Position numbers and translations under genes: made by a program. DNA of 64,000 nt from Spirochaetia bacterium (lineage in GTDB: Bacteria > Spirochaetota > Spirochaetia > SZUA-6 > Bin103). The notes beneath the pieces are model-generated. The model worked only from the letters and a program-made list of their open reading frames with translations, was not told the DNA's origin and did not search any database. This document shows positions 21,237-30,460 of the stretch, piece by piece. The stretch is from contig CBDBOV010000006.1 of NCBI GenBank assembly GCA_965208575.1, positions 608,001 through 672,000 of the forward strand. The letters run 5' to 3'. Positions within the stretch are counted from its first letter, which is position 1. The number at the start of each line of letters is the position of its first letter.

Positions 21237-21319
21237 CGATCAGATCGCGCGGCCGCGACCGCCGGTCTCGGCACACCTCACGTGGCACTCGGCTGGCCGC
21301 CCGCCCTATCCTATGGTGC

Positions 21320-22912
21320 ATGGGCTCTCCACCGCCAATCGTGTTCATCACCACCGATACGCAGGGGCGCGACATGGTGTCGGCGTACGGACCGGCGCAT
21401 TGGCACCGGCCGGCGGCCGCGGATGGCGGCGGCGCTGCCGGGGTCCAGCTTCCGGCCACGCCCAACATCGACCGGCTGGCGGCACGCGGCACCCTGTTCG
21501 ACACCGGCGTCGCCGCCTCGCCGCTGTGCACGCCGGCGCGCTCCGCCTGGTACACCGGCCTGCCGCCCAACCGCAACGGCGCCGTGTGCAACGACACCGC
21601 CCCCTCGCGCGCCGTGCCGATGCTCGGCGAACTGTTGGCGGAGGACGGCTGGGCGGCGCACCACGTCGGCAAGTGGCACCTGGACGCGGCCGGCTATGCC
21701 GGCGCCGGGCGCGCCGACGGCGGCTTCGCGAACGACACCTGGTACGACCTGAGCCGGTTCTACGACGAGGTGGGCCGCGGCGGCGCCAACCGCTTCGGCG
21801 GCTGGCTGCGCGGGCTGGAGGACGAGCGCTTCTGCTTCGCGCACCGCGTGGTGGACCGCGCCATCGGCGTACTGCGCGCCCGCGACCCCGCCGCACCGCT
21901 GTTCCTGGCCGTGGAGTTGGACGAGCCGCACGGCCCGTACATCTGCCCGCCGCCGTTCCAGGGCCGCTACGAGCAGGACCGCCTGCCCCGCCCCGCTTCG
22001 TTCCCGGCCTGCCCCGGCGACAAGCCGCGCCTGCAGCGGGACTACGCCGCCTGGCTGGCGGCCTCCCGCGCCGCGCCCGACCAGTACCCCGCCTACTACC
22101 ACAAGTACTACGACTGCAACAGCTACGCCGACTACGAGATCGGCCGCCTGCTCGACGCGGTCGACCGCCACTGCCCCGACGCCCTGCTCATCTACACCGC
22201 CGACCACGGTGACCACCTCGGCGCCTTCGGCCTGTGCGCCAAGGGCCCAACCATGTACGACCACACCGTGGCCGTGCCCCTGGTGGTTGCCGGCCCCGGC
22301 CTGCCAGCCGGCGAGCGCAGCGAGTGCCTGACCAGCAGCCTCGACGTGTGGGCCACGATCATGGACGCGGCAAACCCGGAAGGCGAGCTGGGCAACGGGA
22401 CCGGCCACCGCCCGGCAGCGCCAACGCGATCACCCCGTACCGGCGGAGCCGACGGCGGCCCCTTTCCGCGCAGCGCCGGCTACACCGGCCGGTCGCTCCT
22501 GCCGTTGCTGCGCGGCGAACGCACCGCCGCCGAGCACCGCAGCACCGCATTCAGCGAGTACCACCGCTTCGGGATCGGCCAGCACCGGGCCGGCGGCTGC
22601 TACCCGATCCGCTGCGTGCGCACCGCCGACTGGAAGCTGGCGATCAACCTCCTCGACCGCGACGAGCTCTACGACCTGCGCCACGACCCCGGCGAGACCG
22701 CGAACCTGATCACCGACCACCAACACGCCGCCGTGCGCAACGAGCTGCACGACCTGCTGCTCGCCCACATGGACGAGACCGGCGACCTGCTCGCCGGCCC
22801 CGGCTGGGCGCGGCGGCCCTGGCGCGGCCCCGCCGCCGAGCGCCCCTTCGAAGGCTACTTCACCACCGGCTACCACGACCGCTGGCCCTCCGGCTCGTTC
22901 TTCACCTGGTAA
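21320..22912 (+). CDS. Cys-type sulfatase (YidJ-like)
   Basis: TTDTQ, CTPAR, GKWH, DHG, ELYDL..DPGE motifs. Confidence 0.92.
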   Translation: MGSPPPIVFITTDTQGRDMVSAYGPAHWHRPAAADGGGAAGVQLPATPNIDRLAARGTLFDTGVAASPLCTPARSAWYTGLPPNRNGAVCNDTAPSRAVPMLGELLAEDGWAAHHVGKWHLDAAGYAGAGRADGGFANDTWYDLSRFYDEVGRGGANRFGGWLRGLEDERFCFAHRVVDRAIGVLRARDPAAPLFLAVELDEPHGPYICPPPFQGRYEQDRLPRPASFPACPGDKPRLQRDYAAWLAASRAAPDQYPAYYHKYYDCNSYADYEIGRLLDAVDRHCPDALLIYTADHGDHLGAFGLCAKGPTMYDHTVAVPLVVAGPGLPAGERSECLTSSLDVWATIMDAANPEGELGNGTGHRPAAPTRSPRTGGADGGPFPRSAGYTGRSLLPLLRGERTAAEHRSTAFSEYHRFGIGQHRAGGCYPIRCVRTADWKLAINLLDRDELYDLRHDPGETANLITDHQHAAVRNELHDLLLAHMDETGDLLAGPGWARRPWRGPAAERPFEGYFTTGYHDRWPSGSFFTW

Positions 22913-23116
22913 CCGCGCCCGCCCGCCTGCATCGGCGGACAACGAGGCCGCGCCGCGCTTACCCGCCCACCCACTTCCGGTATGCGGCCGGTGGCGAACA
23001 GCCCGAACCCCTGCTGCGCCTTGGCCAGCGCGGAGCTTGCTTGCTGGTTCACAACAGTCGATTGCTCGACAACCTATCGCTGGACGGATGCACCACGCCT
23101 GCTTAGAATCTCCACG

Positions 23117-23800
23117 ATGACGGACATTCACGGCGGCATGCACCCCGCTGAAGTCCCCACATACACACCAACCGAGGTCGCGCGGATCATCGGGCGCCCG
23201 GTATCGACAGTGCGATCCTGGACGCGCGGCGCACGCTACATGACCAACGCCGGAAAGCAGTTCTGGCCACCCGTCGTGCCTGCCGACCCACCGTACCTGT
23301 CGTTTCAGAACCTGGTCGAGTTGTATGTGCTTTCCTCGCTGCGCAGCTTCCACGCCGTACGCCTTAGTAGAATCCGGATCGCTATCGACTATCTCCGAAA
23401 GGTCGAAGGAACCACTCATCCGCTCGCTGACTATCGTCTCCTTACTGACCGATCGGACGTGTTTGTTGAGACGGCGGGCGAGTATCTCAACCTCAGCCGA
23501 GACGGCCAACTCGAAATGAAGGCGCAACTGCTCAAGTGCATGAAGCAGGTGGAAAGAGGAATAGACGGATTCCCCAACAAACTGTGGCTTCTGGATTCCA
23601 CGAACAACAGGGCGGCGGAAGTAGATCCGGAGATCAGGTTCGGGCAACCGCGAATCCCCGGCACCGGCATCCCCACTGCGATCATCTACCAACGCAAGCG
23701 CGCCGGTGAAACGGCAGAGCAGCTCGCCGCAGCGTACGAACGGCCCGTGGTCGAAGTAGCCAGGGCGATCAGTTACGAGGAATCGAGCCGCGCTGCGTGA
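23117..23800 (+). CDS. HTH + DUF433 antitoxin (VapB45-like)
   Basis: YTPTEVARIIG, LSFQNLVE, DPEIRFGQPRIPGTGIP. Confidence 0.85.
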   Translation: MTDIHGGMHPAEVPTYTPTEVARIIGRPVSTVRSWTRGARYMTNAGKQFWPPVVPADPPYLSFQNLVELYVLSSLRSFHAVRLSRIRIAIDYLRKVEGTTHPLADYRLLTDRSDVFVETAGEYLNLSRDGQLEMKAQLLKCMKQVERGIDGFPNKLWLLDSTNNRAAEVDPEIRFGQPRIPGTGIPTAIIYQRKRAGETAEQLAAAYERPVVEVARAISYEESSRAA

Positions 23801-24246
23801 AGCCGCTCACTTTCTATGTGGATGAGACATACGGACGCGGCCTCGTCGGCTTGCTCCAGGGGATCAGTCTGCACGCAGTCACCTACCGCGACGCAGATGA
23901 CATCAATGCTGGTGATCCCGACGTAGCCTGGATACCCAGTGTCGCGAGACGCGAGTGGATTGCGGTATCCTCCGACAAGAGACTCCGGTCCAGGCGTGCA
24001 GAGAGGCAGGCAATACAGACTGCGCGGCTACGGCTCATCGTGATCGCCGCTCGCAACGCGACCGAGGAAGAAACCGCCAGCATAATCAACAAGCACCGCA
24101 GATCGATTCTTGCTCTCGTGCACTACATGCCACCGCCTTTCATTATCTCTCTCACTGGCCAGAAGCTTGAGTTTGAGTGGCTTGGGCCCGAGGATGAGTT
24201 AGCAAAAACCGCCACTACGGCGTGTCCAACTTCTCCCCGGCGATGA
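23797..24246 (+). CDS. VapC45-like PIN toxin, extreme C-terminus replaced by AKR fragment
   Basis: FYVDE, DVAWIP, SSDKRLR; GTGA coupling. Confidence 0.8.
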   Translation: MKPLTFYVDETYGRGLVGLLQGISLHAVTYRDADDINAGDPDVAWIPSVARREWIAVSSDKRLRSRRAERQAIQTARLRLIVIAARNATEEETASIINKHRRSILALVHYMPPPFIISLTGQKLEFEWLGPEDELAKTATTACPTSPRR

Positions 24247-24330
24247 TGGACGTGTGCGAGAGCGCCGGCCACCTGGCCGCCAACCAGGTCGGCTAGCACC
24301 TGTTCGACCGTCGCGTGGAACGGGCCGTGC
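24209..24330 (+). pseudogene. Internal fragment of a third aldo/keto reductase allele
   Basis: Near-identical to 10764-10885 and 27313-27434, with frameshift and TAC>TAG. Confidence 0.9.
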
Positions 24331-25170
24331 CTCCGCCAACTGGAAGGCCTCAAGCAGAAAATTATCCGGGAGCAAAAGCGACACGGTGCCCAGCCTACCG
24401 ATCAGCGGTCCGCTACCGATCGACAGCTGGACTACATCGAGAGCCTGCTGGATTCGACAGGCACGACCCTGAGCGCCGCCACCAGGGCCCTGCTGGGCCG
24501 TTCGGTCAGCATCGACCGTCTGTCGCTCGACGAAGCCTCCGACCTGATCGACCATCTGAAAGAGATCTCGGGGGAGAGCCAGGGTGGAACCACTACTCGC
24601 CACCGAGCAACTCCTCGTGGACGCAAGCCAGGCATCGCGGAACTACGCCCGCTGCTGAACCGCCCTGACGTGCTGGTGGTGGACGTGGAGACGACCGGCT
24701 TCGGCGACCGTGCCGAGGTGCTGGCGGTCGCGGTGGTCGACGCCACCGGGCGGGTCCGGCTCGACACCGTCAGCATGCCGCAGGGGCGAATTCCAAGTGA
24801 CGCGAGCAACGTGCACGGTCTGACCCGCACCCGCCTGCGCAGCATGGGAGCGCGACCCTGGCCGGAGGTGCATCGCGAGCTGGAGAAGCTGCTCGGCGAT
24901 GCCAGCGTCCTCGTGGCCTGGAATGTCGAATTTGACCGCCGCCTGCTGCACCAGACCGCCAAGCGCCACGACTTGACGCTGCCGGTCCGGCCTTGGCACT
25001 GCGCCATGGAGGCGGAGACCACCACGCGCGGACCGGATGCTCCGTACGCGAAGCTGTCCGACACCGCCCGTCGCCTTGGCGTGTCGTCGTCCGGCGCACA
25101 CAGCGCCCTGGGGGACGCCCGCGCCACGCTCGCCGTCGTGCGCGCCCTGGTGGGGGACGTCTCCGCGTGA
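24331..25170 (+). CDS. DEDDh 3'-5' exonuclease, N-terminally truncated (frame open from about 24331)
   Basis: DVETTG, WNVEFD, HSALGD; upstream in-frame SATDRQLDYIESLL segment. Confidence 0.75.
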   Translation, partial: LRQLEGLKQKIIREQKRHGAQPTDQRSATDRQLDYIESLLDSTGTTLSAATRALLGRSVSIDRLSLDEASDLIDHLKEISGESQGGTTTRHRATPRGRKPGIAELRPLLNRPDVLVVDVETTGFGDRAEVLAVAVVDATGRVRLDTVSMPQGRIPSDASNVHGLTRTRLRSMGARPWPEVHRELEKLLGDASVLVAWNVEFDRRLLHQTAKRHDLTLPVRPWHCAMEAETTTRGPDAPYAKLSDTARRLGVSSSGAHSALGDARATLAVVRALVGDVSA

Positions 25171-25457
25171 CCGACCGGTACGCCGCGCTGAATGACGAGA
25201 TTGACCGCCTGCGCGGAGATCCCGACTTCGAGCGGGACGTTGCCGAGACGGCTCGTGCCTTCGGACCGCCTCCCGGTCCCGACGTGGTGGACGATTCCGG
25301 CCACTTCACGGCGCAACGTGTCGACGACCTGCTGGCAGACGGCAAGCTCCGCGAGGCCGCCGTACTGACGGCCGGCAAGCAACTCGCCGACTCCTGGCCA
25401 CGGCAGAAGCGCCGGCCCGTTGACGAACATTCTGAACACGAACACCCCGGCAGTTGA
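25167..25457 (+). CDS. Hypothetical protein
   Basis: GTGA-coupled to exonuclease; MTDRYAALNDEIDRLR... Confidence 0.5.
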   Translation: MTDRYAALNDEIDRLRGDPDFERDVAETARAFGPPPGPDVVDDSGHFTAQRVDDLLADGKLREAAVLTAGKQLADSWPRQKRRPVDEHSEHEHPGS

Positions 25458-25512
25458 CGAGGGTGATCCAGCCGCCACGCGTCGGCAGCCCGCACTTCGT
25501 ATACTGGCGGCC

Positions 25513-25915
25513 ATGAGCAGTGCGCGGACGATTGTGTTCATCACCACCGACACGCAGGGGCGCGACATGGTGTCGGCGTACGGACCGGCGCATTGGCATC
25601 GACCGGCGGCTGCTATCCGATCCGCTGCGTGCGGACCGCCGACTGGAAACTGGCGATCAACCTGCTCGACCGCGACGAGCTGTACGACCTGCGCAGCGAC
25701 CCTGGCGAGACCGTGAACCTGATCGCCGACCACCAACACGCCGCCGTGCGCAACGAGCTGCACGACCTGCTGCTCGCCCACATGGACGAGACCGGCGACC
25801 TGCTCGCTGGGCGCGGCGGCCCTGGCGCGGACCCGCCGCCGAACGCCCCTTCGCGGGCTATTTCACCACCGGCTAGCACGACCGCTGGCCGTCCGGCTGG
25901 TTCTTCACCTGGTAG
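25513..25915 (+). pseudogene. Internally deleted second sulfatase allele
   Basis: 5' end homologous to 21320-21418 fused to 3' end homologous to 22590-22912. Confidence 0.9.
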
Positions 25916-26009
25916 CGCGGCGAACGCGAACAACCGCTTCATCGTGCTTGGCCACCATCCTGCGCGTGCTGGTGAGGGTGGGCGGCGGCTCCGCCGGCAG
26001 GCGCCGTAC

Positions 26010-26049
26010 TTGACGAATACGTAGAGAATCGGAAAGAATCTTACGTATC
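26010..26049 (+). promoter_or_regulatory. TA promoter/operator
   Basis: TTGACG and inverted repeat ATACGTA...TACGTAT just before ATG. Confidence 0.5.
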
Positions 26050-26328
26050 ATGTCGGTCAACACGAAACTCACGTTGAGTGTCGATGCCGCGGTCATCCGG
26101 CGGGCCAAGGCGTTCGCGAGACAGCGCAGCAAAAGCCTCTCGAGGCTGGTCGAGGAGTATCTGCGGTTCGTCAGCGCCGAGTCCGAGCATACGCCCCCGA
26201 TCAGCAATCGCGTCCTGACCGTGGCAGACTCGCTCGACCTGCCGCCCGGGGCCACCTACGACAACCTGAAGGAGCAGTACCTGCGGGACAAGCTGCTCGG
26301 AGGGGAACGTGCGCAGGATACTGATTGA
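26050..26328 (+). CDS. DUF6364-type RHH antitoxin
   Basis: TKLTLSVDAAVIRRAKAFARQRSKSLSRLVEEYL. Confidence 0.85.
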   Translation: MSVNTKLTLSVDAAVIRRAKAFARQRSKSLSRLVEEYLRFVSAESEHTPPISNRVLTVADSLDLPPGATYDNLKEQYLRDKLLGGERAQDTD

Positions 26329-26779
26329 TTCCGACGTCATTCTCGATCTGTTCGTCGCGCGCGAGCCGCATCACACGATCGCGCTGCACTTTTTCACCTA
26401 CCTCGAAGTCGACAGCGGCGGCATCGCCGCCACGGCCTCACCGGTGGCCCTGGCGAACGTCGCCTACGTCCTGGCCAAGCTGAAGGACAAGGCCTATGCG
26501 GTGGGCAAGCTGCGCGAACTCCGCACTCTGATCGGAGTGTCCCCGATCGACCAATCAGCCGTGGACCGTGCCCTGGCCCGCCCGCATCGAGATTTCGAGG
26601 ACGCGCTGCAGCGGGAGTGCGCGCTGGACAACGAGATCGGTATCCTCGTGACCCGAAACACGCGCGATCATCCCAAGGACACGATCCTGATCCTGACCCC
26701 GGTCGACGTCATGCGCCTCCACTCCACCGAGCAGGCCCGGCAACAGCTATCCAGACCAGTGGATCGGTGTCCGCCATAG
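26309..26779 (+). CDS. PIN-domain (VapC) toxin
   Basis: ILIDSDVILD, DFEDA, VTRNTRD. Confidence 0.88.
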   Translation: MRRILIDSDVILDLFVAREPHHTIALHFFTYLEVDSGGIAATASPVALANVAYVLAKLKDKAYAVGKLRELRTLIGVSPIDQSAVDRALARPHRDFEDALQRECALDNEIGILVTRNTRDHPKDTILILTPVDVMRLHSTEQARQQLSRPVDRCPP

Positions 26780-26869
26780 CCCGCGTGTGCATCGCGCAAA
26801 CGAGGCTTCCGGCGCGCTTACCCGCCCGCACTCTTTCCGGTATTCTGCACGCCGCAACGGAGGCTACCG

Positions 26870-27877
26870 ATGGAACAACGCAGCTTTGGGGACAGCGGTC
26901 TGACCTGTTCCGCGCTCGGGTTCGGCACCTGGGAGCTGAGCACCACCGATTATGGCGAGATCGACGCGGCCGAGGCGCAGCGGGCGGCCCAGGAGGCGAT
27001 CGAGCACGGCATCACCCTGTTCGACACCGCCGAGTCATACGGGCCGTACATCTCGGAGGAGCTGCTCGGCAAGGCCCTCGGCACGCGGCGCAAGGAGATC
27101 GTCCTGGTGACCAAGGTCGGGTTCAGGTATGACGGCAACCGGCTGGTGAACCAGTGCTCATCGTTCGATCACGTGGTCACCGCCGCCGAAGGCTGCCTGC
27201 GGCGCCTCGGCACCGACTGGGTCGACCTGCTGCTGATCCACTGGCCCGATCACAACACGCCGTACGGGGAGCCGATCGCGGCCCTGGAGAAACTCAAGCA
27301 GGACGGCAAGATCCGCCACTACGGCGTGTCCAATTTCTCACCCGCGATGATGGACGTGTGCGAGAGCACCGGTGACCTCGCCGCCAACCAGGTGGGCTAC
27401 CACCTGTTCGACCGCCGAGTGGAACGCGCCGTGCTGCCCTACACGCGCTCCCACGGCATCGGCTTCATGGCCTACGGCACCCTCGGCTTCGGCCTGCTGA
27501 CCGGCGCGTTCAACGAGTCCACCACCTTCGTGGACTGGGACTGGCGCTCCAAGGGCTACGCCTTCGGCCTGCCCCTGTTCCAGCGCGCGCAGTTCCTGAA
27601 GCAACTGCGGGTGGTCGAACGGCTGCGGCCAATCGCCGCCCGCCACGGCAAGTCCGTCGCCCAACTCGCCATCTCCTGGGTGCTCGGCAACCCCGCGGTC
27701 ACGGTGGCGCTGGTCGGCATCCGCCGCACCGAGGAACTGAAAGAGAACGTCGCCGCCGTCGAGTGGCGCCTGTCCCCCGACGAACGCCAGGAGATCGACA
27801 CCATCTTCGCCGAAGAGGGCGTCCCCACCCACACCGAAACCTCCCAAATCACCGAACCCTTCCTCCCCGCCCGCTGA
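26870..27877 (+). CDS. Aldo/keto reductase (copy 2, close paralog of 10321-11328)
   Basis: Same length (335 aa), nearly identical protein. Confidence 0.95.
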   Translation: MEQRSFGDSGLTCSALGFGTWELSTTDYGEIDAAEAQRAAQEAIEHGITLFDTAESYGPYISEELLGKALGTRRKEIVLVTKVGFRYDGNRLVNQCSSFDHVVTAAEGCLRRLGTDWVDLLLIHWPDHNTPYGEPIAALEKLKQDGKIRHYGVSNFSPAMMDVCESTGDLAANQVGYHLFDRRVERAVLPYTRSHGIGFMAYGTLGFGLLTGAFNESTTFVDWDWRSKGYAFGLPLFQRAQFLKQLRVVERLRPIAARHGKSVAQLAISWVLGNPAVTVALVGIRRTEELKENVAAVEWRLSPDERQEIDTIFAEEGVPTHTETSQITEPFLPAR

Positions 27878-28117
27878 CCCGCCGGGAGAGTCTGTTTATC
27901 GCTCCGGCGGCCGACTGAGCGATCATGCCGTTCGTGCAAGCGCGTGCATTCGCGCGCAACTCATAAACAGAGAACGAAAACAAGGCACTCAGGACGCCGG
28001 ACCCTGCCTGCGGGACGGGTGCCCTTTCCTGCGCCAGGTGTACGAGTCGCTTAGCGCGCGGCTCGCTACTTCTGTCGCTAGCCCGGACGCCTGCCGGTGG
28101 AAGAGTCCTTCCAACGT

Positions 28118-28181
28118 GGGTAACTGGGTAATCTACCCTATTTCCCACTTGCCCACCGGGTGAATCGTGTGTTACCCTATT
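28118..28181 (+). promoter_or_regulatory. GGGTAA/TTACCC repeat cluster, putative RHH operator and extended -10
   Basis: GGGTAAC, GGGTAAT, TACCCTA, GTTACCCTA directly upstream of RHH gene. Confidence 0.45.
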
Positions 28182-28184
28182 AGC

Positions 28185-28775
28185 ATGGCCAAGACAGAAC
28201 AAGTTCGGGTGGCATTGGACCCAGACGAGCGCTACCGGCTCGACAGGTACGCACGCCGAATGTCAATCAGCCAATCGGAGGCGGTGCGCATTGCCCTGTC
28301 CATGCTGTTCAAGGCTGAGGACGAGTCCGAGTTCCGGCGTCGTCGCTGTCACCGCGAATGGCTGATCGACGCGATCAACCCGACCGACGAGCAACAGAAG
28401 TTGCTCATGGGCGAGTTGCCGATGCCGCCGGAGCCGCCGCACGAAATGCGGTTGGAGCTGGATCGTGACGAGTTGCGCTTCATCATCAAGCAGACGCGGG
28501 CCAACATGGCGGAGCACCCGGAATACCGACGGCCTGACCTGGAGCAGCGGATTGAAACGGCGCAGAATCTTGTAGCAGAAGCGGAAGCGCTGCTTGCCAT
28601 GCGCCAGGCGGATACCACGGGCTACCTGGCGAGCCTCGACACTCCGAGGGAGCCGGGCGTTGTCCATGAATTGCACGCCTTACCCGTGCCGGCAGGCGCG
28701 GACAAGGCGGCCGGCCTGGACTGGTACCGCCGGGTTACGTTGGTTCGCAATAGCCTGGATCTGCTGGAATCATGA
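28185..28775 (+). CDS. Hypothetical protein with N-terminal CopG/RHH domain
   Basis: VRVALDPDERYRLDRYARRMSISQSEAVRIAL. Confidence 0.65.
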   Translation: MAKTEQVRVALDPDERYRLDRYARRMSISQSEAVRIALSMLFKAEDESEFRRRRCHREWLIDAINPTDEQQKLLMGELPMPPEPPHEMRLELDRDELRFIIKQTRANMAEHPEYRRPDLEQRIETAQNLVAEAEALLAMRQADTTGYLASLDTPREPGVVHELHALPVPAGADKAAGLDWYRRVTLVRNSLDLLES

Positions 28776-28865
28776 TGTCGCGCCTTGATCGACATCCTCA
28801 AGAGCTATCCCACCGGCCCCTGGGCCGGCGCAGTCATGAAAGAAACAAGGGTGAGCTATAGTGTG

Positions 28866-29065
28866 GGCAGAGTTCTGGGTGGAGCGCGAAAGTAGGCCGG
28901 CGCGTCACTGGCGTTACGTTCTGCGAACCCGTTCAAGAGCTTGGCCCCGGGGCGGGTGGCGTAGTCATTGGTGAGGTTGTCAGCCGGCGCGGCCGGGTGG
29001 CGATCATCCCGTTCAGGAGAATACCTGCTACACACGCCTTGGCCGCACCACTCAGTCGTAGCGGA
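28866..29065 (+). ncRNA. Predicted IS110 bridge RNA (limits approximate)
   Basis: TATAGT -10 at 28857; contains TCAAGAG (target match, 28933-28939) and TCAGGAG (donor match, 29013-29019), both preceded by CCCGT. Confidence 0.7.
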
Positions 29066-29071
29066 GGTTTC

Positions 29072-30460
29072 ATGGCACGACGCAGACACAGACGCAAGGG
29101 CAAGGGCAGTCGCACAGCGCAACCAAAGGTGATGCACCCGGACGCTGCCGGCTTGGACATAGGCGCTACCGAGGTGTACGCGGCTGTGCGCCCGGAGCGC
29201 GACCCGGACCCGATCCGGAACTTTGCTACGTTCACCGCGGACCTGCACGCCTTGGCCGACTGGCTCAAGGAATGCGAGGTCACCACGGTGGCGATGGAGT
29301 CCACCGGTGTGTACTGGATTCCGGTGTATCAGATCCTGGAGGCACACGGCTTCGACGTGGTGCTGGTGAATGCGCGTCACGTGCACTCGGTACCCGGTCG
29401 GAAGTCCGACGTGGCCGACTGCGAGTGGTTGCGCTACCTGCACTCGGTGGGATTGCTGCGCGGCTCATTCCGCCCTGCCGACGAGGTGTGTGCACTGCGC
29501 TCGGTGCTGCGCCATCGCGACACCTTGATCAAGATGGCGTCGCGCAGCGTGTTGCACATGCAGAAGGCGTACAGCCAGATGAACGTGCATCTGCACCATG
29601 CCATCTCTGACCTGACGGGGACGACCGGTCTGGCCATTACGGACGCTATCCTGGCGGGTGAGCGGGATCCGGCGCGGTTGGCCGCTCTGGCCGACCGGCG
29701 GATCAAAGCCAGCCGCGAGACCTTGATCAAGGCGCTGCAGGGCGACTGGCGCGCCGAGCACCTGTTGGCGTTGCGGCACGCGCGAGCGACCTATGCCCAC
29801 TACCAACAACTCATCACGGAGTGCGATCAGGAAATCGAAGCCGGCATCCGCGCGTTCGAAGCCAGCAGCGAGCCACCCGGCGCGGTGGGCGACGACCCAC
29901 CGGATGAGGGAATCGATGCGGAGCCCGAGGCGCCAACCGAGTCACCGGCCAAGCGGTTCGACCTGCGCGGCCACCTTACGCACCTGTTCGGCACTGACCT
30001 GACGCTGATTCCCGGCATCGGCGAAAGTACGGCGCTGGTTCTGTTCACCGAACTCGGCCCGGAACTGTCCCGCTTTCCGACCGCACCGCAATTCGCCTCC
30101 TGGCTGCACCTGTGCCCCCACAACCAGATCACCGGCGGCAAGATCATCAGCTCGCACACCGGTCGGGGCACCAATCGGGCCGCCCAGGCGCTGCACTGGG
30201 CGACCCAGTCGTTGTACCGCAGCCCATCGGCCCTGGGCCAGCACTTCCGCCGCATGCGGGCGCGTCTGGGTACTCCCGAAGCGACCACTGCAGTCGCGCA
30301 TAAACTGGCTCGGATCATCTACCATCTGATCACGCATCGCGTGGCCTACGATGACAGCATCCTCGCCGCCGAGGAGCGCCAGGACCGGCGCCGCTTTGAA
30401 CGCCGGCTCCGAAGGCAGGCACACGCACTCGGTTATGAGCTTGTCCCGGAGGCCGCCTGA
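29072..30460 (+). CDS. IS110-family DEDD recombinase
   Basis: GLDIG, MESTGVYW, KSDVAD, IPGIG, LCPHNQITGG, AVAHKL; GGAGG RBS before ATG 29072. Confidence 0.95.
   Translation: MARRRHRRKGKGSRTAQPKVMHPDAAGLDIGATEVYAAVRPERDPDPIRNFATFTADLHALADWLKECEVTTVAMESTGVYWIPVYQILEAHGFDVVLVNARHVHSVPGRKSDVADCEWLRYLHSVGLLRGSFRPADEVCALRSVLRHRDTLIKMASRSVLHMQKAYSQMNVHLHHAISDLTGTTGLAITDAILAGERDPARLAALADRRIKASRETLIKALQGDWRAEHLLALRHARATYAHYQQLITECDQEIEAGIRAFEASSEPPGAVGDDPPDEGIDAEPEAPTESPAKRFDLRGHLTHLFGTDLTLIPGIGESTALVLFTELGPELSRFPTAPQFASWLHLCPHNQITGGKIISSHTGRGTNRAAQALHWATQSLYRSPSALGQHFRRMRARLGTPEATTAVAHKLARIIYHLITHRVAYDDSILAAEERQDRRRFERRLRRQAHALGYELVPEAA

Noticed and set aside
10321-27877. Diversity-generating retroelement from AKR/sulfatase near-duplicates
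   Set aside because: Differences are not adenine-specific and no reverse transcriptase is present
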